Shown here one piece after another: positions 24,114 to 36,789 of a stretch of 64,000 nt of DNA; position 1 is the first letter of the stretch; each line of letters begins with the position of its first letter. Origin of the DNA: Malacoraja senta (Eukaryota); the NCBI GenBank assembly GCA_038087875.1, contig CM075994.1, forward strand, positions 248,001-312,000. The letters are read 5' to 3'. The notes below the pieces were generated by a model that was not told where the DNA came from, ran no database searches, and was given only the letters and a program-made list of their open reading frames with translations. The position numbers were made by a program, and so were the translations under genes.

Positions 24114-26123
24114 CAGGGGCGGATCTACTATGAAACTAATGAAGCTTAAGCTTCACGGCCCCTAATCCCAGTGGGGCCCCGGAGGCAACTTTAGTCCAGA
24201 TATTCTTCCGATTTAAATCGGAATTCCGATTTTTGTTTTCCAAGAAATGAATCTGATTTTTCACCTCGAGCCTCGACTGAACTTCACCTCACACTTAAAC
24301 CTCAACTCACTAAACCTCGCCTCGACTAAACCTCCCACCTCACACATAATCTCAACCTCGACTAATCGCCGCCTCTCCCCCGCCCCTGCGGGTCTCTGGC
24401 TCGACATCAATGTCCGCGTGCGTGCGCCCCTCCCCACCCCTCCCACCGGCTCTCTCGGGCAATACGCCTGCGCCGCTCTCCGCCCCGCCCCCCTGTTGGA
24501 GCCGTTCCGCTCACGTGAGGTACCGCCAATGGCCGGGGGGGGGGCTATAAATAGCGGGAGTAGAAACGAGGCGGCGATTGGTCGAGGCACAGATTGGGTG
24601 TGAGGTGAGAGATTTAGTTGTGAGGTGGGAGGTTTAGTTGTGAGGTGGGAGGTTCAGTTACGTTGAGGTGTGGTTAAGATGTGAGGTGAGGTGTGAGGTT
24701 TATTTGAGGGGCGAGGTTTAGTGAGGTACGGTTTAGTCGAGGCGAGGTTCAGGTGTGAGAACTTTGTCGGTGAGGTATCGGCGAGGGGTTTAGTGAGGCA
24801 AGGGGATTAGTCGAGGTGTTGGTGTGTAGTTGAGGGGAAATGAGCGTAGGTGAGGTGAAGAGAAGTGGGTGTCTGAGCTTTGGAAGGGAGACCGAGGTGT
24901 AGCTGAAGGAGACGAGACTACTGCATTCTGTGGCAGAGAATTCCACAAATTCACAACTCTGGGTGAAAAAGTGTATTCTTATCTCAGTGCTGGGCAAAGA
25001 GACATTTCAGGTATCATTTTTTTGGAAAGATTCTATTAGCTGTATGAGGCCATTTATTGAAACATAAGGTTATTAAGGGGTTGGACACACTAGAGCAGGG
25101 GTCGGCAACCTTGTTCGGCATAGAGGCCGGGACGCATGTCTGTGAGCGGATGGCGGGCCACATCTATCACATCTACACATGGATCCCGCCCCGGATATCA
25201 GGCATCAAATCATGTGTTCACAGAACGTGGACAAAAATGCTGGAGAAACTCAGCAGGTGAGGCAGCCTCATGCAATCCTTGCATTTCTCACCTGCTGAGT
25301 TTCTCCAGCATTTTTGTCACCTTCAATTTTTCCAGCAACTGCAGTTCTTTCTTAAACATGTTCACAGATGGAGCGCGACCATGCCAGTGGCTTGCGCAGG
25401 ATGCAGTACAGCCAGAGCTCGGCCACTGCTCGGGGCGCTCGGCCGCTGCTCGGGTTGGCCGAATGATTACGGGGATAAACATCCGCTTGCGGGCCGGATA
25501 ATTTTGGTTTATGGGCCGCATTTGGTCCAGGGGCCGTAGATTGTCGACCCCTGTGCTAGGGGAAATGTAGGAGCTCCTCCATGAAAATGCAGGAGCTTCA
25601 GGGGGCGTTGACCCGTGATCCGCCACCGGGGCGCTGCCCCTGGTCCATGCCGGGGGCCTAGCCAGCCTCCTGGACCCCCGACCAATACTTCCTATTCTGG
25701 AGGTGAATATCATGCTCAGTCCACATTACCTAAAAGTGTTGGGTCTACTGTATGAGAAAAAATAATAATATTTTATTAAAATATTAAAAATATCTTTAAA
25801 AAATATTTTAAAATATTTTTTAAAAATAATAATATCAATACAAAATAATAGTTAAAATAAAAATTAAAAGGTTATTAAAGTATCATGTAGGCTAGCCGTA
25901 AATGAAAAAAACATTCAAATTAAGGATGTTTCATTCTAAATGTAATATCAAATAATTATTAATAATTGAAAACACTATTAACACTTATGACAGAAATTAA
26001 AATTTGTGGTGATCTGTTGTGGAACATCCCATTGAAGTGGTTACCCAGACCTCATTGCTGGTTGCGAAGAGGCCCCCATAACAGTTCAAGCTTCAGGGCC
26101 CCAAAAATGTAGGTCCGCCACTG
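24114..26123. mobile_element. hAT non-autonomous transposon inserted in a CR1 fragment
   Basis: TIRs CAGGGGCGGATCTAC and GTAGGTCCGCCACTG. Perfect 8-bp TSD GTGCTGAG at 24106-24113 and 26124-26131. Confidence 0.9.
25096..25553. mobile_element. hAT-Charlie-type MITE nested in the hAT element
   Basis: CAGGGGTCGGCAACC...GATTGTCGACCCCTG. Flanks CACTAGAG/TGCTAGGG fit a decayed CGCTAGAG TSD. Confidence 0.75.
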
Positions 26124-26628
26124 GTGCTGAGTCTCTTGCCCAAAGAGGGTGAATCGAGGACCAGAGGACATGGGTTTAAGGTGAAGGGAAAAAGATTTAA
26201 TAGGAATCTGAGGGGTAACATTTTCACGCAAAGGGCGGTGGGTGTGTGGAACAAGCTGCCAGAGGTTACAGTTGAGGAAGGATTTATCCCAACTTTTAAG
26301 AAGCAGTTAGATAGGTACAAGTTTGGAGCGATATGGGCAAACGCCTGCTCCAAAATAGGAATTCAACAGAAACACACGAAAACAGCCAGATTGTTAACGC
26401 AACAACATTTGTGAAACCACTGTAAGAAGGGCGTTAAACTCACTTTTCCTTACCCTCGGGGGTGAAATTCTATTACGTTTTGCATTTGTTAAACGCTGAA
26501 TCATTAAAGATAGATGATGAAAGCCGTTTACATAATTCACACTGCGACTTCAGATTCCCAAACAACAAAACTCACCACGATATTTGTTCACCAGATTCGA
26601 TGCCTCTGGAGTCTTGGTCGCTGCTCAC

Positions 26629-26810
26629 CTTTACATCCGGTTGTCCAGCTCGCTGGCGAGGAAGTCTAGTCCGTGAGATCGAGTTGGACGGGTGTCCGGC
26701 CAGTAAAAGCAGATCGCCACTTGAAATATCCAGCCACTCGGCGACAGGAGACGGACGGCTACTCTGATGTGAAGTTTATCCAGATACCAGAACCCAGCGT
26801 CTCCGCTCGG
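26629..26810 (-). other. Candidate non-coding first exon of the IgSF gene
   Basis: Non-repeat-looking, CpG-containing stretch ending in AAAG|GTGAGC. The signal-peptide exon has an acceptor, so an upstream exon is expected. Unverified. Confidence 0.25.
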
Positions 26811-27240
26811 CGACACAGCGGTAGAGTTGCTGCCTTGCAGGGCCAGAGACCCGCGGGTATGGGTGCTCGTCTGCACGGCCGGGTTCAATCCTGGACTATG
26901 AGTGGTCTTCTGTACGGTGCATTTACACTTGGTGTGAGTGTAAATTGTCCCGTGTGTCCGTGTGGGCGCGGAGACGGCTTCAGCAAAGCAATCCTAGTCC
27001 CACCACCTTAAAAAACAAACGTCCTTTAATTTCTCCTGAGAAATGAGCCGCACTCCTCGACAATGTGAACCCTCCGGCCATGTTTTAAGAGGTGGTGGAC
27101 ATTCCCCCCCCCCCCCCCAAGGTTTTGTCATCCGGATTTTAAAATCTCCGCTTTCCGCGAGACAGTGGAGGTGGGATTGCTGATCGAGGGCGCTGATTGG
27201 ACGAGAGAGACGTCGGTCAGCAGGGACATGATGATTCAGC

Positions 27241-27450
27241 GCGATGATTGGAGGAGGGAGGAGTGGGGGTGGGACTGAGGATAGAGCGCGGTGATTGGAG
27301 GAAGGAGGAGTGGGGTGCGAATGAGGATAGACGCGGTGATTGGAGGAGGGAGGAGTGGGGTGGAGGTGGGACTGAGGATAGAGCACGGTGATTGGAGGAG
27401 GGAGGAGTGGGGGTGGACTGAGGATAGAGCGCGGTGATTGGAGGAGGGAG
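27241..27450. repeat. Minisatellite, ~45-52 bp unit, ~4.4 copies
   Basis: Unit GCGGTGATTGGAGGAGGGAGGAGTGGGG..GACTGAGGATAGAGC. Confidence 0.9.
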
Positions 27451-27591
27451 ACGTGGCACAGACCTGTAGGTACGTTACAAAACTTACCTTCAGCAGCGCT
27501 GCGGTTCTGCCACTGGCCGTGTGCGGGACTTTGGCGCCTTTGAGGTAGGGAGGGAAGGGGGGGAGGGGGTTAAGATGCGGTTGTCTACTTT

Positions 27592-28858
27592 GACTGCTTT
27601 GGTGCCACCTCCTGCAACCACACACAACTGACTGACTTCAACCACTTCACCACCAACTTCCATCCGGCACTCAAATACACCTGGACCATTTCCGACACTT
27701 CCCTACCATTCCTTGACCTCACTATCTCCATCGCAGGTGATAGACTTCTGACCGACTTCCACTACAAACCTACCGACTCCCATGGCTATCTGGACTACAC
27801 TTCTTCCCACCCTGCTTCCTGTAAGGACTCCATCCCCCACTCCCAATTCCTCCGTCTACGCCGCATCTGCTCCCAGGATGAGGCGTTCCACACCAGGGCA
27901 TCTGAAATGTCCTCATTCTTCAGGGAACGGGGGTTCCCCTCCTCCACCATAGATGAGGCTCGCACCAGGGTCTCTGCCATACCCCGCAACACTGCTCTCT
28001 CTCCCCATCCCCCCACTCACAACAAAGGCAGAGTCCCCCTAGTCCTCACCTTTCACCCCACCAGCCGTCACATACAACAAGTGATCCTCCGTCAGTTTCG
28101 CCACCTCCAACGTGACCCCACCACTCGCCACATCTTCCCATCTCCCCCTATGTCTGCCTTCCGCAAAGACCGCTCCCTCCGTAACTCCCTTGTCAATTCT
28201 TCCCTTCCCTCCCATACCACCCCCTCCCCTGGTACTTTCCCTTGCAACCGCAAGAGATGCAACACTTGTCCCTTCACTTCCCCCCTCCACTCCATTCCAG
28301 GACCCAAGCAGTCGTTCCAGGTGCGACAGAGGTTCACCTGCATCTCCTCCAACCTCATCTATTGCATTCGCTGCTCTAGATGCCAGCTGATCTACATCGG
28401 TGAGACCAAGCGGAGGCTTGGCGATCGTTTCGCCGAACACCTCCGGTCGGTCCGCAATAACCAACCTGAACTCCCGGTGGCTCAGCACTTCAACTCCCCC
28501 TCCCATTCCGTATCTGACCTCTCTGTCCTGGGTCTCCTCCATGGCCACAGCGAGCAACACCGTAAATTGGAGGAAATGCACCTCATATTCCGCTTGGGCA
28601 GTCTACACCCTGGTGGCCTGAACGTTGAATTCTCCCAATTCTGCTAGCCCTGGCTGTCCCCTCCCCTTCATCAGCCATCTGGTTGTCTCCTCCCCTCCCC
28701 CAACCCTCGGGCTCCTCCTCCTCCTTTTCCTTTTTTCCTTTCTTCTCCCCACCCCCTATCAGTCTGAAGAAGGGTTTCGGCCCGAAACGTTACCTATTTC
28801 CTTCGCTCCATAGATGCTGCTGCACCCGCTGAGTTTCTCCAGCATTTTTGTGTACCTT
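27592..28858 (+). mobile_element. Penelope-like element copy 1 (RT C-terminus, GIY-YIG endonuclease, terminal repeat)
   Basis: Open frame 27592-28647: DCFG..LPFLDL..YKPTD..NLIYCIRCSRCQLIYIGETKRRLGDRFAEH. Confidence 0.95.
28761..28794 (+). ncRNA. Minimal type I hammerhead ribozyme motif in Penelope terminal repeat (second copy near 29836-29870)
   Basis: CUGAAGA+A, stem II GGGU-UUCG-GCCC, GAA, palindromic ACGU, cleavage triplet GUU. Confidence 0.65.
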
Positions 28859-29967
28859 CACTATAAACCTACTGACTCCCATGGCCATCTGGACTACACT
28901 TCTTCCCACCCTGCTTCCTGTAAGGACTTCATCCCCTATTCCCAATTCCTCCGTCTACGCCGCATCTGCTCCCAGGATGAGGCGTTCCACACCATGGCAT
29001 CTGAAATGTCCTCATTCTTCAGGGATCGGGGGTTCCCCTCCTCCACCATAGATGAGGCTCGCACCAGGGTCTCTTCCATACCCCGCAACAATGCTCTCTC
29101 TCCCCAACCCCCCACTTGCAACAAGGGCAGAGTCCCCCTAGTCCTCACCTTTCACCCCACCAGTCGTCACATACAACAAGTAATCCTTTGTCAGTTTCGC
29201 CACCTCCAACGTGACCCCAACCACTCACCACATCTGCCCATCTCCCCCCATGTCTGCCTTCCACAAACACCGCTCCCTTCGTAACTCCCTTGTCAATTCT
29301 TCCCTTCCCTCCCATACTACCCCCTCCCCGGGCACTTTCCCTTGCAACCGCAAGAGATGCTACACTTGTCCCTTTACCTCCCCCACTCGACTCCACTTAA
29401 GGACCCAAGCTGTCCTTCCAGATGCGACAGAGGTTCACTTGCATCTCCTCCAACCTCATCTATTGCATCCGCTGCTCTAGATCTCAGCTGATCTACATCG
29501 GTGAGACCAAGCAGAGGCTTGGCGATCGTTTCGCCGAACACCTCCGCTCGGTCCGCAATATCCAACCTGACCTCCCGGTGGCTCAGCACTTCAACTCCAC
29601 CTCCCATTCCGTATCCGACCTCTCTGTCCTGGGTCTCCTCCATGGCCAGAGCGAGCAACACCGGAAATTGGAGGAACAGCACCTCATATTCCACTTGGGG
29701 AGTCTGCATCCTGGGGCATGAACATTGAATTCTCCCTATTTTGTTAGCCCCTGCTGTCTCCTTCCCTTCCTATCTCTCCCTCAGCCCTCAGGCTCCTCCT
29801 TTTTCCTTTCTTCTCCCCGCCCCCCACCCCCTATCAGTCTGAAGAAGGGTTTTGGACCGAAACGTTGCCTATTTCCTTCGCTCCACAGATGCTGCTGCAC
29901 CCGCTGAGTTTCTCTAGCATTTTTGTGTACTTTCGATTTTCCAGCATCTGCAGTTCCTTCTTAAACA
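28855..29967 (+). mobile_element. Penelope-like element copy 2 (tandem, frameshifted)
   Basis: Near-identical to copy 1 and starts directly after its terminal repeat. GIY-YIG at 29422-29721. Confidence 0.95.
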
Positions 29968-30064
29968 TAGACCAGAGCAAGATGCGTCACTGAGCGAAAA
30001 AAGCGTAGTATGACGTGTGTGATTGTCGACGCCATTTCACAGGACTGCCCCCACACTGTCATAC

Positions 30065-31135
30065 ATAGAAACATAGAAACATAGAAAATAGGTGCAGGAG
30101 TAGGCCATTCGGCCCTTCGAGCCAGCACCGCCATTCAATATGATCATGGCTGATCATCCAACTCAGTATCCTGTACCTGCCTTCTCTCCATACCCCATGA
30201 TCCCTTTAGCCACAAGGGCCACATCTAACTCCCTCTTAAATATAGCCAATGAACTGGCCTCAACTACCTTCTGTGGCAGAGAATTCCACAGATTCACCAC
30301 TCTCTGTGTGAAAAATGTTTTTCTCATCTCGGTCCTAAAAGATTTCCCCCTTATCCTTAAAACTGTGACCCCTTGTTCTGGACTTCCCCAACATCGGGAA
30401 CAATCTTCCTGCATCTAGCCTGTCCAACCCCTTAAGAATTTTGTAAGTTTCTATAAGATCCCCCCTCAATCTTCTAAATTCTAGCGAGTACAAGCCGAGT
30501 CTATCCAGTCTTTCTTCATATGAACGTCCTGACATCCCAGGAATCAGTCTGGTGAACCTTCTCTGTACTCCCTCTATGGCCAGAATGTCTTTCCTCAGAT
30601 TTGGAGACCAAAACTGTACGCAATACTCCAGGTGTGGTCTCACCAAGACCCTGTACAACTGCAGTAGAACCTCCCTGCTCCTATACTCAAATCCTTTTGC
30701 TATGAATGCTAACATACCATTCGCTTTCTTCACTGCCTGCTGCACCTGCATGCCTACTTTCAATGACTGGTGTACCATGACACCCAGGTCTCGTTGCATC
30801 TCCCCTTTTCCTAATCGTCCACCATTCAGATAATTGTCTACTTTCCTGTTTTTGCCACCAAAGTGGATAACCTCACATTTATCCACATTATACTGCATCT
30901 GCCATGCATTTGCCCACTCACCCGGCCTATCCAAGTCACCTAGCAGCCTCCTTGCATCCTCCTCACAGCTAACACTGCCCCCAGCTTCGTGTCATCCGCA
31001 AACTTGGAGATGTTGCATTCAATTCCCTCGTCCAAATCATTAATATATATTGTAAATAGCTGGGGTCCCAGCACTGAGCCTTGCGGTACCCCACTAGTCA
31101 CTGCCTGCCATTCTGAAAAGGACCCGTTTACTACT
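30065..31135 (-). mobile_element. CR1 LINE 3' part
   Basis: WQMQYNVDKCEVIHFG..RPHLEYC..FFTQRVVNLWN, (CATAGAAA)n tail. Confidence 0.95.
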
Positions 31136-31147
31136 CTTTACGTCACG

Positions 31148-31846
31148 ACGTCCACATCTACAGCTCGGTGTAAATTTCTCTTATCGCCGATGTTGACAAC
31201 TCAACCTGTCTTTCTTCAGGTTCCCCAACAACAAAGAAAGGTGAGGAAATATTATTGTTTTCTGTCGACATTATTCTGTCCTGAAAATATTATTTTTTGT
31301 TCCCCTATCAACACTCATTGGGAAACTAGGGTTGTTGGTACATTAGAAAGTTACTAGATTTTTTTTTAATAGATCTAAACTTACCACAATAATACAGTAA
31401 GACGTTTTAAATAAGCTCTTTCTACATTGAAGGTAAATTGACATATTAGTGGCAAAATGCATCTTCAATATACAGGTCTCTCCCCACAACTGAACAATTG
31501 CACTTAAATGATATATCATCCATTCTGCAGATATGTAGTTATAACTACATTTTTTTCCTTTCTTAGTTAATCCTATATGAGATTTGCTGTAATTTCAGAT
31601 GTCGACAGCGGGTCCAGAATACTCGTCGACAAGATCTCCACCACCAAACTCTGGTGTACTTGTCAACCACCTGCCGTCTTTGTTCTGAACACTGAACTTG
31701 ACTAGTTTTCCAACAGGCAGACCAATAACAGGCTAAATTGCAATGCAGTTCCAACGCTATTTAACATCCCGAACACGCCGAAACGTCTGTTTTCCCAACG
31801 CCGGTTACTCAAGAGGAAGAATGAGAACCTCCCGTTATCCACACAA
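31148..31846 (+). pseudogene. Decayed two-exon THAP zinc-finger domain (THAP12/PRKRIR-like)
   Basis: Exon A ..LNLSFFRFPNNKER, then intron 31241-31598 (GTGAG..TTTCAG), then exon B CRQRVQNTRRQDL..CRLCSEH..RLNCNAVPTLFNIPNTPKR. Contains stops and a frameshift. Confidence 0.8.
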
Positions 31847-32332
31847 AATTGTGCAAATGACGATTTATTTATTGTTGTATATAAGTTGGAAATTTTGTTC
31901 TTTGGGGTAAGCAAGGGGTGGGGCTATCATTGTCTGAAATATGTTGAATTTTACATCACTTTCAAAACACTGCATCCCCCTGTATATGTTGAGCACAAAA
32001 TGATGTGAATTATGTAAATATTACCATAAATGACGGAATTAAAAAGTGTTTTCCTTGTTTATAAAGTTCAATTTAGAGTTATTTGAAATTGTGGGGGTTG
32101 GTGCAATATACGGCTGACCCACAAATGTGTCGTTATCAGACATTCACATTTTAAAAATCCATGTCTCAAAAAAAAGCAAGAAGGTCCCCATATTATTTGA
32201 CCAACTTATCGACTGAATTTAAACATGTAGGGATGTATGCACTACATTGTGTTACGCTAATATAGAATGAAAGAATGGAAAATATTTTGACATTGTGTTC
32301 ATGGATATTTTATTCAGAATATTAGGATTTCG

Positions 32333-32341
32333 TATATATTT

Positions 32342-32398
<57 letters not shown>

Positions 32399-32520
32399 GT
32401 ATACATACAAATATGTATGTGTATATATATGTGTATACACATATATTGTAATATATATTGTGTATATTTTGTATATTTTGTATATATATATTGTGATATA
32501 TATATATATATATGTATATA
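32333..32520. repeat. (TA)n/(TG)n compound microsatellite
   Basis: Direct inspection. Confidence 0.95.
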
Positions 32521-34421
32521 GTGCGGGGCTGGTCCCGACATCCAAAAATCTTGCACTGTCCGAAAATCCCACATGCCAACAGCCTGTCGGCCTGCAGGCG
32601 CATTGAGGGCGTACGCAGCGTCTCGACGGGCGTACGCAGCATCTTGACGTCGTGCAGCGTCTTGATGTCGTAAGCAGCATCTTGACGCCGTACGCCTAGC
32701 GCGTGGCGTTGTGCGATGACGTCACCGCCCGGCGTGCCAACTCTCCACGCCTCCGCGCTTCGAAGTGGGACCGTCCCCGCTGTTAATCTTTTCTTAAGAA
32801 ATGGATAGATGTTTAGATCTAGTAATTGAATTTTGCAATTAGCTACAATTGGGTAACTAACTAACTATATGCTTTAATTTCAGGTCATCCAAGTAAGATT
32901 GTTTCATATTTGTTTCAGAATGCTTCAATCTATAATAACTGAAATTTTCTCTCAGTTCTCTTAATTTTTAAGAAAATTATGGGCTTTTGACTGTCCTTGA
33001 TCACAGCTTTTGTGTTAGGCAATGGAAGAGCAATAGGGAACAAGATGCTAATTTCCGAGTATGAAAATGGCCATAACTTTTTTAATACTGAAGATATGAA
33101 AGTGAATTAGGTGTGAAATTAAACTTTTTATGCTTTATCTGATGGGATAAATTGCAGACTTGATTTTTTTAGTCTCAAAATTTTGTAACATTGCTAAGAC
33201 CTGCGCCTCATCCGCAGCCAGGATCGATCCCGGCCGGCTCTCCGGCGCTGTCCCGTCCGGCTCTCTGGCGCTGTCCCGTCCCCACCCAAGTGCCCCCCCC
33301 CCACGGGTGGCCAGAGAGGTCGGGAGTCAGATGGGAGCTGTACCCCCAGGCCCACAGCCAGCACAGAGAAGCAGCGCTAAACCCAGCTCAACTCTGCCTG
33401 TCCTGCCAGGTTAACCTGCCTGGGCTTGCGGGAAATATGGCCAGCGCGGAGAAGCAGCGCTGGTGTCCCGTCAGTCCAGGCAGGGCTGTAGATTAACCCG
33501 GCGAGACAGGCAGAGTTGAGCTGCATTTAGCGCTGGATTGAGCCTCCGAAGCCTCGCATGTGTGTGTGTGAGTGTGCGCATGCGCGGGCGGCCGCCAAAA
33601 AATTGTGTCCCCCCTGTCCCCCCGGTCCCCTCCATATTTTGATAGCGATTTCCGGGTGGGGGGAGGATGAGGTCGGCGTGTCGGTGCAGCGCGGTCAGTG
33701 ACTCTGGGTGGGCGGAGGAAGCAGACCGTCCCCAACTTTGCTGCAGCTGACATTGCCCGGTGCCTCGGCCCCGCTTCACCCAGCCCCGTTCCCGGCCCCG
33801 CGCCACTCGGCCCCGTGTGTGGGCGCTACCGACCCACAGCCCCTGACAGTGCGGCCCACAGGGGGAGACGGGGCGGAGGGCGGCCGTGGCCGGTCAGCGC
33901 TGACCCCGGGGGGAGGGGGGAGAGTGGGGGCTGTCCCGAGGGATGCGATCCTTCTGCCGCTTACACCTTGGTGCTCGGGTTCAGAGCAAAGATACTAGAG
34001 CATTTGGCTCAGAGCGCTCAGTCACCCCAAAAAATAACCCCACAATATTGCAATCAAGTTGCTCTAACTTTGAGTTCACTTTATTTAGTGAAGGCTTATT
34101 GAGGTGGTGCTGTCTCTCTGGACACGACAATGAATGTGGCTATTAGTCGCGGATTGTAAAAGACGCTACACCATGAGATAACACCAGTTTAAACACGATA
34201 CCTTCCTGCTTTCAATGACAGCACCCACAATTATTTACGGTGCAAAAAATGATCGTTTTGGCGTTTTTTAACAGGAAAGAAAGTACGCGTTTCGTGTGTT
34301 AACAGTGTGTACGAGGCCGCCATGTCCTCCACATGGATTGAGCTGCTCCGTGTGTCACACCCTTTGACCCGATGACCTTACGTGCAACCCACCTATAAGA
34401 GTTTGGTGAGGCTGCATTTTA

Positions 34422-35720
34422 AGGGCCTGTCCCACTTGGGCCACATTTTCGGCGACAGCCTGAAAAGAGTTTGTCGCGGCGTGGTCGGGGCGTGACGCGA
34501 GGTGAAGCTTGTAGTGACGCGCAGTGTCTCCCTGCCGCCCCTGGATTTTAGAAAGTTCAAAATCTTCAGGCGACATCTGGGTGTCTCATCATGTCGTGCG
34601 CCTTGTCACACGCTGATGTATGCTGTCCTGCGGGTGACGCCCGGTTAGGTATAAGGCTTGGGTTAGGGCTAGGTGCTAGGGTCTAGGGTTAGGGTTAGGG
34701 TTAGGGTTAGGGTTTCCTCCTGCACTCCAAAGGCGCACAAGTTTGTGGGTTGATAGGATTGGTATAAGTATATATTGTCCCTAGTGTGTGTGGGATAATG
34801 TTAGTGTGCGGGGATCGCTGGTCGGTGTGGACTCGGTGGGCCAAAGGGCACAGTATCGCTAAACTAAAAGTGACACAGGGGCCCCAGGCATTGGACTCAA
34901 ACCCCTAATGTTCTGCCTACTCCTCATGGGAACTAAACTGTTGGCCACGAGTTGTTCCAGAGGCAGATCTCTCTTCCAATGGTCTCTCCAAACCCCAAGA
35001 GACAGCGGGCTTTTCAACTGGGTACAGGCAATGTTGTCAATGTACCAGTGCCACCCACCTGCTCCGGCCACTAAATACCCATCACCCATTTTGAAGCAAG
35101 GCAAGGGGGCGGCGGGGGAAGGGGGGGGGGAGTTTGGAGAATGGGAGAAGGGAGGGAGAGAGGGAGAAGGGGATGTGAGCAGAGGGGAGGTGTGGAGAAG
35201 GGGAGAAGAGTGGAGCGGGGAGAAGGGAGGAAGGGAAGAAGGGGGGAGAGGGGAGGGGAGAAGGGTAGGGGGGGAGTGGAGAAGGAGGGATGGGGGAAGA
35301 GGGGGGTGGGGGGGAGAGAGGAGTTCAGTCTGCACTCACTGAATCCATCCCTGTGTGAAAGTTAGAGACAGTGATTGGATCTGGAAGCGGACCAATACAT
35401 CTGTAAATAAAATTGAACGACTCAGACATCTTTTCATTTTCACAATTGATTTTATTGTATTAATTTCAAAATATTAATGTTTTAAATCCATACATTGAAG
35501 GAAGACTAAGTTACAGCCCATCTGTGGTCCCTAACCCTAACCCTCGCCCTACCTCTAACCCTAGCCCTGACCCTAACCCTAACCCTAACTGGGCGTCACC
35601 CGCAGGACAGCATACGTCAGCGTGTATGTTGTACAACCTGGCGTTTTTTCGGGCGACTACGGCCATCAGTCACTGACGCTCACAGTCGCCGAAATAAAAT
35701 CGCAAAGTGGGACAGGCCCT
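34422..35720. mobile_element. PIF/Harbinger-type MITE with long inverted arms
   Basis: TTA|AGGGCCTGTCCCACTT...AAGTGGGACAGGCCCT|TTA (3-bp TTA TSD). Confidence 0.85.
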
Positions 35721-35723
35721 TTA

Positions 35724-36545
35724 GAGTATTGTGTTCAGTTCTGGGCACCATGTTACAGGAATAATGTTGTCAAGCTGGAAAGGGTACAGAGAACATTTAT
35801 TGCGATGTTGCCAGGACTAGAGGGTCTGAGCTATAGGTTTAGTAGGCTGGGACTATATCCCTTGGAGCACAGGAGGATGAGGGGTGATCTTATAGAGGTG
35901 TATAAAATCATGAGAGGAATAGAGTCTCTTGCCCAGAGTAGATGACTCGAAGACCACAGGATATAGGTTTAAGGTTAAGGGGGAAATATTTAATAGTAAT
36001 CTGAGCGGTAACTTTTTCACACAAAATGTGGTTGGTGGATAGAACAAGCTGCCAGAGGAGGTAGTTGCAGCAGGGACTATCCCAACGTTTAAGATACAGT
36101 TGGACAGGTACATGGATAGGACAGGTTTGCAGGAATATGGACCAAATGCAAACAGGTGGGACCAGTGTTGCTGGGCATATTGGCCTGTAGTTAAGTTGGG
36201 CTGACAGGCATGTTTCCATGCTGTATCACTCTATGACTCTGTGACAAAGAGAGGAGAAGAATGTTCATTTACTCGTGGGAACAACAATCACGAGGAAATA
36301 TGGGTGCAGGAGGGGAATTACCAGGGTTGCCATATCTGTGGAATTCTCTGCCACAGAAGGCAGTGGAGGCCAATTCACTGGATGTATTCAAGAGAGAGTT
36401 GGATATAGCTCTAAGGGCTAACGGAATCAAGCGATATGGGGAGAAAGCAGGAACAGGTTACTGATTCTGGATGATCAGCCATGATCATATTGAATGGCGG
36501 TGCTGGATGGAAGTTATTCCTGCAACTATTTTCTATGTTTCTATA
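35724..36545 (+). mobile_element. Two CR1 3' fragments
   Basis: LEYCVQFWAP..RRMRGDLIEVYKIM and LWNSLPQKAVEANSL. Confidence 0.85.
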
Positions 36546-36789
36546 TCCAGAAATGAAAAACAGTCCCATAATTTAGTTTCTCCAAACGGTACACAAACAG
36601 CGCCTAAGGCAGAGCAGGAGTGGTACACAGGTCTGGGGTAATATACAATTAATGTACATTGTGGACTTACTTGGGCACTGACCTCATATGTAATGGTTTG
36701 AAGATTACCTTGAAGATGATAGAAAATAGCATAAGAAATCGGACACAAAATGCTGGAGTAACAGGCAGCATCTCTGGAGAGAAAGAATG

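Larger units (their letters stand above)
27467..33196. mobile_element. Composite DNA transposon with TAG...CTA termini and 7-bp TSD (probably hAT superfamily)
   Basis: TAGGTACGTTACAAAA and TTTTGTAACATTGCTA inverted termini. AGACCTG at 27460-27466 and 33197-33203. Confidence 0.75.

Noticed and set aside
32252..32680. Y/I/T/H-rich ORFs (also 56100-56478)
   Set aside because: Microsatellite translations.
33200..34330. CpG island with a possible minus-strand first exon (ATGGCGGCC near 34323, donor near 33964)
   Set aside because: The ORF closes after about 31 codons and the surrounding sequence looks repeat-derived.
34645..35589. Chromosome-fusion signature (head-to-head TTAGGG/CCCTAA)
   Set aside because: The arrays are short and lie symmetrically inside a TIR element with a TTA TSD.
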